A stretch of DNA of 34,014 nt, taken from IMG/VR virus record IMGVR_UViG_2721755658_000002, one strand, 5' to 3'. Source of the stretch: a virus (taxonomy: Duplodnaviria > Heunggongvirae > Uroviricota > Caudoviricetes). The first letter of the stretch is position 1; each line of letters begins with the position of its first letter. A program made the translations under genes and the position numbers. The notes below the pieces were generated by a model. It saw only the letters and a list, made by a program, of their open reading frames with translations, had not been told where the DNA came from and searched no databases. Shown here in pieces: positions 25,528-34,014 of the stretch.

Positions 25528-25781
25528 CTCACCAAACAACTAGTCACCAGTTAAGACACCGCAAAAAGTTACCCATGGGTATTTACTTTTTAAATACCTA
25601 TGGGTATCCTTCTTTTCATACCAACCCACCCCGCCCCACAGAATGCAGGGCAATACTTCGAGTTACCAGGCAGTGGTCAGGGGTTAAGTAGCCAGCCCGA
25701 GGCGTAAGAACATGACGGCGGGATTCAAATTTTGCAGTGCAGCAGTTAGTTCCGCCACCCGGCGTTAAGGGGAGAGATAAG

Positions 25782-25916
25782 ATGGTGCATTACGAAGTAG
25801 TTCAGTATTTGATGGATTGTTGCGGTATCACTTACAACCAGGCTGTGCAGGCTTTACGCAGCAACGACTGGGATCTCTGGCAGGCAGAAGTCGCTATACG
25901 TAGCAACAAGATGTGA
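25782..25916 (+). CDS. ydaG: small protein YdaG-like (44 aa)
   Basis: ORF MVHYEVVQYLMDCCGITYNQAVQALRSNDWDLWQAEVAIRSNKM with SD AAGGGGAG; below the ORF-track size cutoff; length and position match Rac ydaG. Confidence 0.5.
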   Translation: MVHYEVVQYLMDCCGITYNQAVQALRSNDWDLWQAEVAIRSNKM

Positions 25917-25926
25917 GATTCGCAAA

Positions 25927-26082
25927 ATGCAAAAAATCGACCTCGGCAACAACGAATCCCTGGTGTGCGGCGTGTTCCCCAACCAGGATGGAACGTTCAC
26001 TGCCATGACGTATACCAAAAGCAAAACATTTAAAACCGAAACTGGTGCGCGCCGATGGTTGGAGAAGCACACAGTAAGCTAA
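25927..26082 (+). CDS. ydaF: small protein YdaF-like (51 aa)
   Basis: ORF MQKIDLGNNESLVCGVFPNQDGTFTAMTYTKSKTFKTETGARRWLEKHTVS right after ydaG; length and position match Rac ydaF. Confidence 0.5.
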   Translation: MQKIDLGNNESLVCGVFPNQDGTFTAMTYTKSKTFKTETGARRWLEKHTVS

Positions 26083-26567
26083 CGATTAAAACGTCTACTC
26101 CTGCTGTTCCAGAATAACTTCATAAAATGGGAGTATTTTTCGGTGACGAGATAATAAGAACAGTTTGCGCTATCACTCTGATGTTGAATGATGCCCTTCC
26201 GTTCTAATTTTTTCATAACCGGGTTACGGCAAGGAGAAGTGATAATAAGATTTCCTGTTTTAAGGAAATCTTTAAATACAGCGATTTCTTTCTCAGATAA
26301 ACGAAGCAATACTCGTTGCTCTGGTAGTAATGAATAATGCTTTTGAATATGTGCTCGCAATCTTGAGAAGGAAATGGCGACCACGAAAGAAAAGGCAAAA
26401 ACGATAATCTGAAAGAGCCAAGGCATTTCAGTATAAGCATTGAATGCGACAGTAAACTCTTTCGGTATCAGCCAGAGAGTGAGACCAAAAATGATAATCG
26501 TATACATAAGTCTTTCGAGTGGCTCGTTAGCAAAAAGTTTCAACAATGGAGTAAATACATCCAACAT
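26079..26567 (-). CDS. sieB: superinfection exclusion protein SieB
   Basis: 162 aa from ATG 26565-26567 (MLDVFTPLLKLFANEPLERLMYTIIIFGLTLWLIPKEF...), matching Rac SieB as recalled. Confidence 0.8.
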   Translation of the reverse strand: MLDVFTPLLKLFANEPLERLMYTIIIFGLTLWLIPKEFTVAFNAYTEMPWLFQIIVFAFSFVVAISFSRLRAHIQKHYSLLPEQRVLLRLSEKEIAVFKDFLKTGNLIITSPCRNPVMKKLERKGIIQHQSDSANCSYYLVTEKYSHFMKLFWNSRSRRFNR

Positions 26568-27082
26568 ATCAATAACTCTCAACTGTAAGGGTATTGAAAT
26601 GTTAACACAAGCTCTCGCTGTAGGGGTATAGCCGAGACCACCGAAGCCCGGAGGTGGTGAAATAAAACCGGGCACAACACGAAGGCGCATTTCCGATATC
26701 CATAAAGAGTCGGTCTTGTCTGTTAAATTTAAATGGTGGAGTGCGCCTCCGGTTGTAAATAACGACATTGCTGTGTGTAGTCCTGGCGGCATCAGTTTTT
26801 TTCTTGAAGTTCGGCTGATGTCCGCCCTTTTTAAAGTGAATTTTGTGATGCGGTGAATGCGGCTAAGCGCACGTGGCACAGTTAAAAGTCATGTTAGTCC
26901 TTATTGGTTTGGGTGGGAAAGCCGACTGTAATTGTTAACTGGTTGCAGTCACCTGGAGGCACCAGGCACCGCATCAACAAAGTTCATTTGTAAAAATGGA
27001 GATAATTATGATTGCACATCACTTCGGAACTGATGAAATACCACGTCAGTGTGTGACTCCTGGCGATTATGTTCTTCATGAA

Positions 27083-27091
27083 GGCCGGACA
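27083..27091. repeat. 9-bp target-site duplication GGCCGGACA, left copy
   Basis: Identical 9-mer directly abuts both IS1 copy B termini. Confidence 0.9.
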
Positions 27092-27146
27092 GGTGATGCT
27101 GCCAACTTACTGATTTAGTGTATGATGGTGTTTTTGAGGTGCTCCA

Positions 27147-27422
27147 GTGGCTTCTGTTTCTATCAGCTGTCCCTCCTGTTCAGCTACTGACGGGGTGGTG
27201 CGTAACGGCAAAAGCACCGCCGGACATCAGCGCTATCTCTGCTCTCACTGCCGTAAAACATGGCAACTGCAGTTCACTTACACCGCTTCTCAACCCGGTA
27301 CGCACCAGAAAATCATTGATATGGCCATGAATGGCGTTGGATGCCGGGCAACAGCCCGCATTATGGGCGTTGGCCTCAACACGATTTTACGTCACTTAAA
27401 AAACTCAGGCCGCAGTCGGTAA
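27147..27422 (+). CDS. insA: IS1 InsA
   Basis: Identical translation to copy A InsA. Confidence 0.93.
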
Positions 27423-27844
27423 CCTCGCGCATACAGCCGGGCAGTGACGTCATCGTCTGCGCGGAAATGGACGAACAGTGGGGATACGTCGGGGCTAAAT
27501 CGCGCCAGCGCTGGCTGTTTTACGCGTATGACAGGCTCCGGAAGACGGTTGTTGCGCACGTATTCGGTGAACGCACTATGGCGACGCTGGGGCGTCTTAT
27601 GAGCCTGCTGTCACCCTTTGACGTGGTGATATGGATGACGGATGGCTGGCCGCTGTATGAATCCCGCCTGAAGGGAAAGCTGCACGTAATCAGCAAGCGA
27701 TATACGCAGCGAATTGAGCGGCATAACCTGAATCTGAGGCAGCACCTGGCACGGCTGGGACGGAAGTCGCTGTCGTTCTCAAAATCGGTGGAGCTGCATG
27801 ACAAAGTCATCGGGCATTATCTGAACATAAAACACTATCAATAA
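27341..27844 (+). CDS. insB: IS1 InsB reading frame
   Basis: Identical translation to copy A InsB. Confidence 0.92.
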
Positions 27845-27859
27845 GTTGGAGTCATTACC

Positions 27860-27868
27860 GGCCGGACA
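27860..27868. repeat. 9-bp target-site duplication GGCCGGACA, right copy
   Basis: See left copy. Confidence 0.9.
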
Positions 27869-28005
27869 TATATTGCCTCGGCAAACAATATTAAAAAGCG
27901 AAAACTATATATTCGTAACCTGACCACAAAAACATGCATTACTGACCGCATGATTAAAGTCTTCCTCGGTCGTGATGGTTTACCTGTAAAGGCGGAGTCA
28001 TGGTG

Positions 28006-28176
28006 ATGACTAAGAAAATAAAATGTGCTTACCACCTTTGCAAAAAAGACGTTGAAGAAAGCAAAGCTATTGAAAGAATGCTTCACTTCATGCACGGGAT
28101 TTTATCAAAAGACGAACCGAGAAAATATTGCAGTGAAGCTTGTGCCGAAAAAGACCAGATGGCACATGAACTTTAA
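28006..28176 (+). CDS. ydaE: small Cys-containing protein YdaE-like (56 aa)
   Basis: ORF MTKKIKCAYHLCKKDVEESKAIERMLHFMHGILSKDEPRKYCSEACAEKDQMAHEL between kilR and racC; below ORF-track cutoff. Confidence 0.6.
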   Translation: MTKKIKCAYHLCKKDVEESKAIERMLHFMHGILSKDEPRKYCSEACAEKDQMAHEL

Positions 28177-28250
28177 TTAATTGACTATTCGAAACTGAAT
28201 TTATGCCAGAAATGGCAGGTATTCGCTCAACCTTAATTAAGGAGAAAAAC

Positions 28251-28526
28251 ATGATTACCAATTATGAAGCCACTGTTGTAACTACCGATGACATTGTTCA
28301 CGAGGTGAATCTGGAAGGAAAGCGCATTGGCTACGTAATTAAAACAGAAAATAAAGAAACCCCATTCACTGTGGTTGATATCGATGGTCCATCAGGCAAC
28401 GTAAAAACACTTGATGAAGGTGTCAAAAAAATGTGCCTGGTGCATATCGGAAAGAATCTGCCCGCAGAAAAAAAAGCCGAATTTCTGGCAACTCTAATTG
28501 CAATGAAATTAAAAGGTGAAATCTGA
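28251..28526 (+). CDS. racC: RacC
   Basis: 91 aa from ATG 28251 (MITNYEATVVTTDDIVHEVNLEGKRIGYVIK...) with SD GGAG; directly upstream of recE. Confidence 0.8.
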   Translation: MITNYEATVVTTDDIVHEVNLEGKRIGYVIKTENKETPFTVVDIDGPSGNVKTLDEGVKKMCLVHIGKNLPAEKKAEFLATLIAMKLKGEI

Positions 28527-28627
28527 AAGAAATAGCCTGCGTATGGCGCAGGCTATGAACAGTGTGTATCCGGCAAGATCATTCACTGAACAAAACGAAT
28601 TTTAATCTGAGTTGAGGTTAAAAAACA

Positions 28628-31228
28628 ATGAGCACAAAACCACTCTTCCTGTTACGGAAAGCGAAAAAATCATCCGGTGAACCTGACGTCGTCCTGTGGG
28701 CAAGCAACGATTTTGAATCGACCTGTGCCACTCTGGACTACCTGATCGTTAAGTCAGGTAAAAAACTGAGCAGCTATTTTAAAGCTGTTGCCACGAATTT
28801 TCCTGTCGTTAATGACCTGCCCGCTGAAGGTGAGATCGATTTTACCTGGAGTGAACGCTATCAACTCAGCAAAGACTCCATGACATGGGAACTAAAACCG
28901 GGAGCAGCACCAGACAACGCTCACTATCAAGGCAATACCAACGTCAACGGCGAAGACATGACTGAGATTGAGGAGAATATGCTACTCCCAATTTCTGGCC
29001 AGGAACTGCCCATTCGTTGGCTTGCTCAACACGGCAGCGAAAAACCGGTAACGCACGTTTCACGCGACGGACTCCAGGCATTACACATTGCTCGGGCTGA
29101 AGAACTACCGGCTGTTACTGCCCTGGCTGTTTCCCACAAAACCAGCCTGCTCGACCCGCTGGAAATTCGCGAACTCCACAAACTGGTTCGTGACACTGAC
29201 AAAGTTTTCCCTAATCCTGGTAATTCAAACCTGGGACTGATAACTGCTTTTTTCGAAGCATACCTGAACGCTGACTACACCGATCGAGGACTGCTGACAA
29301 AAGAGTGGATGAAGGGTAATCGTGTTTCACACATCACTCGCACGGCTTCCGGTGCTAATGCTGGCGGCGGAAACCTCACCGATCGCGGCGAAGGTTTCGT
29401 ACACGATCTGACGTCACTGGCGCGCGACGTAGCCACTGGCGTACTGGCCCGTTCAATGGATCTGGACATCTATAACCTTCATCCGGCACACGCTAAACGC
29501 ATTGAGGAAATTATCGCTGAAAATAAACCGCCCTTTTCTGTTTTCCGCGACAAATTCATCACCATGCCTGGCGGGCTGGATTATTCCCGCGCCATCGTGG
29601 TTGCGTCCGTAAAAGAAGCACCAATTGGGATCGAGGTCATCCCCGCGCACGTCACTGAATATCTGAACAAAGTACTGACTGAAACCGATCATGCCAACCC
29701 TGATCCGGAAATCGTGGATATTGCCTGCGGTCGCTCCTCTGCCCCGATGCCGCAGCGAGTAACAGAAGAAGGAAAACAGGATGATGAAGAAAAACCGCAA
29801 CCATCTGGAACAACGGCAGTTGAACAGGGAGAGGCTGAAACAATGGAACCGGACGCAACTGAACATCATCAGGACACGCAGCCGCTGGATGCTCAGTCAC
29901 AGGTAAATTCTGTTGATGCGAAATATCAGGAACTGCGGGCAGAACTCCATGAAGCCCGGAAAAACATTCCATCAAAAAATCCTGTCGATGCCGATAAATT
30001 GCTTGCTGCATCACGTGGTGAATTTGTTGACGGAATTAGCGACCCGAACGATCCGAAATGGGTAAAGGGGATCCAGACTCGCGATTGTGTGTACCAGAAC
30101 CAGCCAGAAACGGAAAAAACCAGCCCAGATATGAATCAACCTGAGCCAGTAGTGCAACAGGAACCGGAAATAGCCTGCAATGCCTGCGGCCAGACTGGCG
30201 GGGATAACTGCCCTGACTGTGGTGCGGTGATGGGCGACGCAACATACCAGGAAACATTCGCTGAAGAGAGTCAGGTTGAAGCTAAGGAAAATGATCCGGA
30301 GGAAATGGAAGGCGCTGAACATCCGCACAATGAGAATGCTGGCAGCGATCCGCATCGCGATTGCAGTGATGAAACTGGCGAAGTCGCAGATCCCGTAATC
30401 GTAGAAGACATAGAGCCAGGTATTTATTACGGAATTTCGAATGAGAATTACCACGCGGGTCCCGGTATCAGTAAGTCTCAGCTCGATGACATTGCTGATA
30501 CTCCGGCACTATATTTGTGGCGTAAAAATGCCCCCGTGGACACCACAAAGACAAAAACGCTCGATTTAGGAACTGCTTTCCACTGCCGGGTACTTGAACC
30601 GGAAGAATTCAGTAACCGCTTTATCGTAGCACCTGAATTTAACCGCCGTACAAACGCCGGAAAAGAAGAAGAGAAAGCGTTTCTGATGGAATGCGCAAGC
30701 ACAGGAAAAACGGTTATCACTGCGGAAGAAGGCCGGAAAATTGAACTCATGTATCAAAGCGTTATGGCTTTGCCGCTGGGGCAATGGCTTGTTGAAAGCG
30801 CCGGACACGCTGAATCATCAATTTACTGGGAAGATCCTGAAACAGGAATTTTGTGTCGGTGCCGTCCGGACAAAATTATCCCTGAATTTCACTGGATCAT
30901 GGACGTGAAAACTACGGCGGATATTCAACGATTCAAAACCGCTTATTACGACTACCGCTATCACGTTCAGGATGCATTCTACAGTGACGGTTATGAAGCA
31001 CAGTTTGGAGTGCAGCCAACTTTCGTTTTTCTGGTTGCCAGCACAACTATTGAATGCGGACGTTATCCGGTTGAAATTTTCATGATGGGCGAAGAAGCAA
31101 AACTGGCAGGTCAACAGGAATATCACCGCAATCTGCGAACCCTGTCTGACTGCCTGAATACCGATGAATGGCCAGCTATTAAGACATTATCACTGCCCCG
31201 CTGGGCTAAGGAATATGCAAATGACTAA
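28628..31228 (+). CDS. recE: exodeoxyribonuclease VIII RecE
   Basis: 866-aa [33 protein letters not shown]...; length, sequence and synteny with recT match Rac recE. Confidence 0.95.
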   Translation: MSTKPLFLLRKAKKSSGEPDVVLWASNDFESTCATLDYLIVKSGKKLSSYFKAVATNFPVVNDLPAEGEIDFTWSERYQLSKDSMTWELKPGAAPDNAHYQGNTNVNGEDMTEIEENMLLPISGQELPIRWLAQHGSEKPVTHVSRDGLQALHIARAEELPAVTALAVSHKTSLLDPLEIRELHKLVRDTDKVFPNPGNSNLGLITAFFEAYLNADYTDRGLLTKEWMKGNRVSHITRTASGANAGGGNLTDRGEGFVHDLTSLARDVATGVLARSMDLDIYNLHPAHAKRIEEIIAENKPPFSVFRDKFITMPGGLDYSRAIVVASVKEAPIGIEVIPAHVTEYLNKVLTETDHANPDPEIVDIACGRSSAPMPQRVTEEGKQDDEEKPQPSGTTAVEQGEAETMEPDATEHHQDTQPLDAQSQVNSVDAKYQELRAELHEARKNIPSKNPVDADKLLAASRGEFVDGISDPNDPKWVKGIQTRDCVYQNQPETEKTSPDMNQPEPVVQQEPEIACNACGQTGGDNCPDCGAVMGDATYQETFAEESQVEAKENDPEEMEGAEHPHNENAGSDPHRDCSDETGEVADPVIVEDIEPGIYYGISNENYHAGPGISKSQLDDIADTPALYLWRKNAPVDTTKTKTLDLGTAFHCRVLEPEEFSNRFIVAPEFNRRTNAGKEEEKAFLMECASTGKTVITAEEGRKIELMYQSVMALPLGQWLVESAGHAESSIYWEDPETGILCRCRPDKIIPEFHWIMDVKTTADIQRFKTAYYDYRYHVQDAFYSDGYEAQFGVQPTFVFLVASTTIECGRYPVEIFMMGEEAKLAGQQEYHRNLRTLSDCLNTDEWPAIKTLSLPRWAKEYAND

Positions 31229-32030
31229 GCAACCACCAATCGCAAAAGCCGATCTGCAAAAAACTCAGGGAAACCGTGCACCAGCAGCAGTTAAAAATAG
31301 CGACGTGATTAGTTTTATTAACCAGCCATCAATGAAAGAGCAACTGGCAGCAGCTCTTCCACGCCATATGACGGCTGAACGTATGATCCGTATCGCCACC
31401 ACAGAAATTCGTAAAGTTCCGGCGTTAGGAAACTGTGACACTATGAGTTTTGTCAGTGCGATCGTACAGTGTTCACAGCTCGGACTTGAGCCAGGTAGCG
31501 CCCTCGGTCATGCATATTTACTGCCTTTTGGTAATAAAAACGAAAAGAGCGGTAAAAAGAACGTTCAGCTAATCATTGGCTATCGCGGCATGATTGATCT
31601 GGCTCGCCGTTCTGGTCAAATCGCCAGCCTGTCAGCCCGTGTTGTCCGTGAAGGTGACGAGTTTAGCTTCGAATTTGGCCTTGATGAAAAGTTAATACAC
31701 CGCCCGGGAGAAAACGAAGATGCCCCGGTTACCCACGTCTATGCTGTCGCAAGACTGAAAGACGGAGGTACTCAGTTTGAAGTTATGACGCGCAAACAGA
31801 TTGAGCTGGTGCGCAGCCTGAGTAAAGCTGGTAATAACGGGCCGTGGGTAACTCACTGGGAAGAAATGGCAAAGAAAACGGCTATTCGTCGCCTGTTCAA
31901 ATATTTGCCCGTATCAATTGAGATCCAGCGTGCAGTATCAATGGATGAAAAGGAACCACTGACAATCGATCCTGCAGATTCCTCTGTATTAACCGGGGAA
32001 TACAGTGTAATCGATAATTCAGAGGAATAA
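31221..32030 (+). CDS. recT: RecT single-strand annealing protein
   Basis: 269 aa from ATG 31221 ([32 protein letters not shown]...); 8-nt overlap with recE end. Confidence 0.95.
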   Translation: MTKQPPIAKADLQKTQGNRAPAAVKNSDVISFINQPSMKEQLAAALPRHMTAERMIRIATTEIRKVPALGNCDTMSFVSAIVQCSQLGLEPGSALGHAYLLPFGNKNEKSGKKNVQLIIGYRGMIDLARRSGQIASLSARVVREGDEFSFEFGLDEKLIHRPGENEDAPVTHVYAVARLKDGGTQFEVMTRKQIELVRSLSKAGNNGPWVTHWEEMAKKTAIRRLFKYLPVSIEIQRAVSMDEKEPLTIDPADSSVLTGEYSVIDNSEE

Positions 32031-32086
32031 TTCAGCCTGGCGGTGTAATGCACCGCCAACTTGAAATATTTTTTATGAGAAAAATT

Positions 32087-32281
32087 ATGAGATATGACAA
32101 TGTTAAACCATGTCCATTTTGTGGTTGTCCATCAGTAACGGTGAAAGCCATTTCAGGATATTACCGAGCGAAGTGTAACGGATGCGAATCCCGAACCGGT
32201 TATGGTGGAAGTGAAAAAGAAGCACTCGAAAGATGGAATAAACGAACCACTGGAAATAATAATGGAGGTGTTCATGTATAA
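32087..32281 (+). CDS. ralR: RalR (Lar) restriction-alleviation protein / type I toxin
   Basis: 64 aa MRYDNVKPCPFCGCPSVTVKAISGYYRAKCNGCESRTGYGGSEKEALERWNKRTTGNNNGGVHV. Confidence 0.85.
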   Translation: MRYDNVKPCPFCGCPSVTVKAISGYYRAKCNGCESRTGYGGSEKEALERWNKRTTGNNNGGVHV

Positions 32282-32483
32282 AATTACCGCCACTATTGAA
32301 AAGGAAGGTGGCACTCCTACTAACTGGACAAGATATTCAAAATCTAAACTAACGAAATCAGAATGCGAAAAAATGCTCTCAGGTAAAAAAGAAGCAGGCG
32401 TTTCCAGAGAGCAGAAAGTAAAACTGATAAATTTTAATTGCGAGAAACTTCAGTCCTCGAGAATTGCATTGTATTCAAATTAA
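32274..32483 (+). CDS. ydaC: YdaC
   Basis: 69 aa from ATG 32274 (MYKITATIEKEGGTPTNWTRYSKSKLTKSECEKML...), SD GGAGGTG; overlaps ralR 3' end by 8 nt. Confidence 0.7.
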   Translation: MYKITATIEKEGGTPTNWTRYSKSKLTKSECEKMLSGKKEAGVSREQKVKLINFNCEKLQSSRIALYSN

Positions 32484-32561
32484 AACTTCATAGCTGATTA
32501 TTAATAATCAACATCGGGCGTCAATTTCAGTCTAACATTGGCGCCTGCCAGAGGTGATGCG

Positions 32562-32777
32562 ATGGCACAAGTAATCTTTAATGAAGAGTGGATGGTTGAA
32601 TACGGCCTGATGCTTCGCACTGGTCTGGGGGCCAGACAAATTGAAGCATACCGCCAGAACTGTTGGGTGGAGGGCTTCCACTTCAAACGAGTATCTCCTT
32701 TAGGTAAGCCAGACAGCAAACGAGGGATTATCTGGTACAACTATCCAAAGATAAATCAGTTTATCAAAGACTCATGA
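32562..32777 (+). CDS. xisR: excisionase XisR (YdaQ)
   Basis: 71 aa from ATG 32562 ([44 protein letters not shown]...), SD GAGGTG; stop one nt before the integrase start. Confidence 0.7.
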   Translation: MAQVIFNEEWMVEYGLMLRTGLGARQIEAYRQNCWVEGFHFKRVSPLGKPDSKRGIIWYNYPKINQFIKDS

Positions 32778-32778
32778 T

Positions 32779-34014
32779 ATGTCTAAATTACCAACAGGTG
32801 TCGAGATTAGAGGTAGATACATTCGCATCTGGTTCATGTTTCGAGGAAAACGATGTCGGGAAACATTAAAAGGCTGGGAGATTACAAACAGTAATATTAA
32901 AAAGGCCGGAAATTTAAGAGCGCTGATAGTTCATGAAATAAACTCCGGTGAATTTGAGTATTTAAGACGTTTTCCCCAGTCCAGCACTGGGGCAAAAATG
33001 GTGACAACGAGAGTCATAAAAACGTTCGGAGAGCTTTGTGATATCTGGACAAAAATTAAAGAGACAGAGTTAACAACAAACACAATGAAGAAAACGAAAT
33101 CACAATTAAAAACACTCAGAATAATAATTTGTGAAAGTACCCCGATATCACATATTCGTTATAGCGATATCTTAAACTACCGGAATGAACTGCTGCATGG
33201 AGAAACGCTTTACCTGGATAATCCAAGATCCAACAAAAAAGGAAGAACCGTGCGCACAGTTGATAACTATATCGCCCTGCTCTGTTCGCTGTTGCGTTTT
33301 GCGTATCAGTCGGGATTTATATCAACCAAACCATTTGAAGGAGTAAAAAAATTACAGCGAAACAGAATAAAGCCTGATCCGTTATCTAAAACAGAATTCA
33401 ATGCATTAATGGAAAGTGAAAAAGAACAGAGCCAGAACTTGTGGAAATTTGCCGTTTACTCAGGACTTCGTCACGGGGAACTGGCAGCTCTGGCGTGGGA
33501 GGATGTGGATCTCGAAAAGGGAATAGTGAATGTCAGAAGAAACCTGACGATACTTGATATGTTCGGTCCCCCAAAAACAAATGCCGGGATCCGAACAGTA
33601 ACACTACTGCAGCCTGCTCTTGAAGCACTGAAGGAGCAATACAAACTGACCGGGCATCATCGCAAAAGCGAAATCACCTTTTATCATCGGGAGTACGGCA
33701 GAACCGAAAAGCAAAAACTGCATTTTGTTTTCATGCCCAGGGTGTGTAACGGAAAACAAAAACCTTATTACTCGGTAAGCAGTTTGGGGGCAAGGTGGAA
33801 TGCAGCAGTAAAACGTGCTGGTATTCGCCGCCGTAATCCGTACCATACGCGGCATACTTTTGCCTGCTGGCTGTTGACGGCAGGAGCGAACCCGGCATTT
33901 ATAGCCAGCCAAATGGGGCATGAAACTGCGCAGATGGTGTATGAAATTTACGGTATGTGGATTGATGACATGAACGACGAACAGATAGCCATGTTGAATG
34001 CGCGGTTATCGTAG
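32779..34014 (+). CDS. intR: tyrosine integrase IntR
   Basis: 411 aa MSKLPTGVEIRGRYIRIWFMF...; C-terminal catalytic region with ...YHTRHTFACWLL... and ...MGHETAQMVYEIYGMW...; window ends at its stop codon. Confidence 0.9.
   Translation: MSKLPTGVEIRGRYIRIWFMFRGKRCRETLKGWEITNSNIKKAGNLRALIVHEINSGEFEYLRRFPQSSTGAKMVTTRVIKTFGELCDIWTKIKETELTTNTMKKTKSQLKTLRIIICESTPISHIRYSDILNYRNELLHGETLYLDNPRSNKKGRTVRTVDNYIALLCSLLRFAYQSGFISTKPFEGVKKLQRNRIKPDPLSKTEFNALMESEKEQSQNLWKFAVYSGLRHGELAALAWEDVDLEKGIVNVRRNLTILDMFGPPKTNAGIRTVTLLQPALEALKEQYKLTGHHRKSEITFYHREYGRTEKQKLHFVFMPRVCNGKQKPYYSVSSLGARWNAAVKRAGIRRRNPYHTRHTFACWLLTAGANPAFIASQMGHETAQMVYEIYGMWIDDMNDEQIAMLNARLS

Larger units (their letters stand above)
27092..27859 (+). 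mobile_element. IS1: IS1 insertion sequence, copy B (complete, 768 bp)
   Basis: Begins GGTGATGCTGCCAACTTACTGAT, ends GTTGGAGTCATTACC; insA/insB pair; 9-bp direct repeats on both sides. Confidence 0.96.
27008..28006 (+). pseudogene. kilR: kilR (FtsZ-inhibiting killing protein) interrupted after codon 28 by IS1 copy B
   Basis: Removing IS1 plus one target-duplication copy rejoins 27008-27091 and 27869-28006 into an intact 73-codon frame whose stop overlaps the ydaE start (TGATG). Confidence 0.7.

Noticed and set aside
26568-26879. In-frame 104-codon N-terminal extension of sieB proposed by the ORF track
   Set aside because: Open frame without a convincing start or SD; the 162-aa product from ATG 26565-26567 matches the recalled SieB length.
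29275-30808. Multiple minus-strand ORFs (64-147 aa) antisense to recE
   Set aside because: All fall inside the recE coding sequence, which has strong identity support; antisense frames are low-complexity and lack SD sequences.
1-34014. CRISPR arrays or other long tandem repeats
   Set aside because: No regularly spaced direct repeats with unique spacers were seen; only the iteron arrays, operator repeats and palindromes listed above.

Overview
This window is most of a Rac-family lambdoid prophage of an Escherichia/Shigella-type genome, lying in reverse of the usual map order. Reading left to right: the tail of an IS1 copy (1-713) abutting a scaffold-like gene, then on the minus strand head morphogenesis, portal, large and small terminase, a translationally coupled ParB-like / GT-A-like gene pair, trkG, a phage-21-type lysis cassette (pinholin, SAR endolysin, Rz with embedded Rz1), two tandem lipoproteins with TolA domain-III-like C-termini, a putative Q antiterminator with a tR'-like terminator, and nin-region genes. 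A ~8 kb cargo segment follows (hok toxin, MFS-ChaC-LysR operon, BCCT-DUF2254 operon) punctuated by three copies of a 24-bp palindrome. Then come the replication genes with internal iterons, ydaT-ydaS / racR with operator repeats, ydaG, ydaF, sieB, kilR split by a second complete IS1 with a 9-bp target duplication, and ydaE-racC-recE-recT-ralR-ydaC-xisR-intR. The most unusual candidates are the TolA-III-like lipoprotein pair and the ParB-like/GT-A-like pair. All identifications rest on reading the translations, motifs and gene order, with no database search; product names for the right-hand Rac genes are from recalled E. coli K-12 sequences and lengths.
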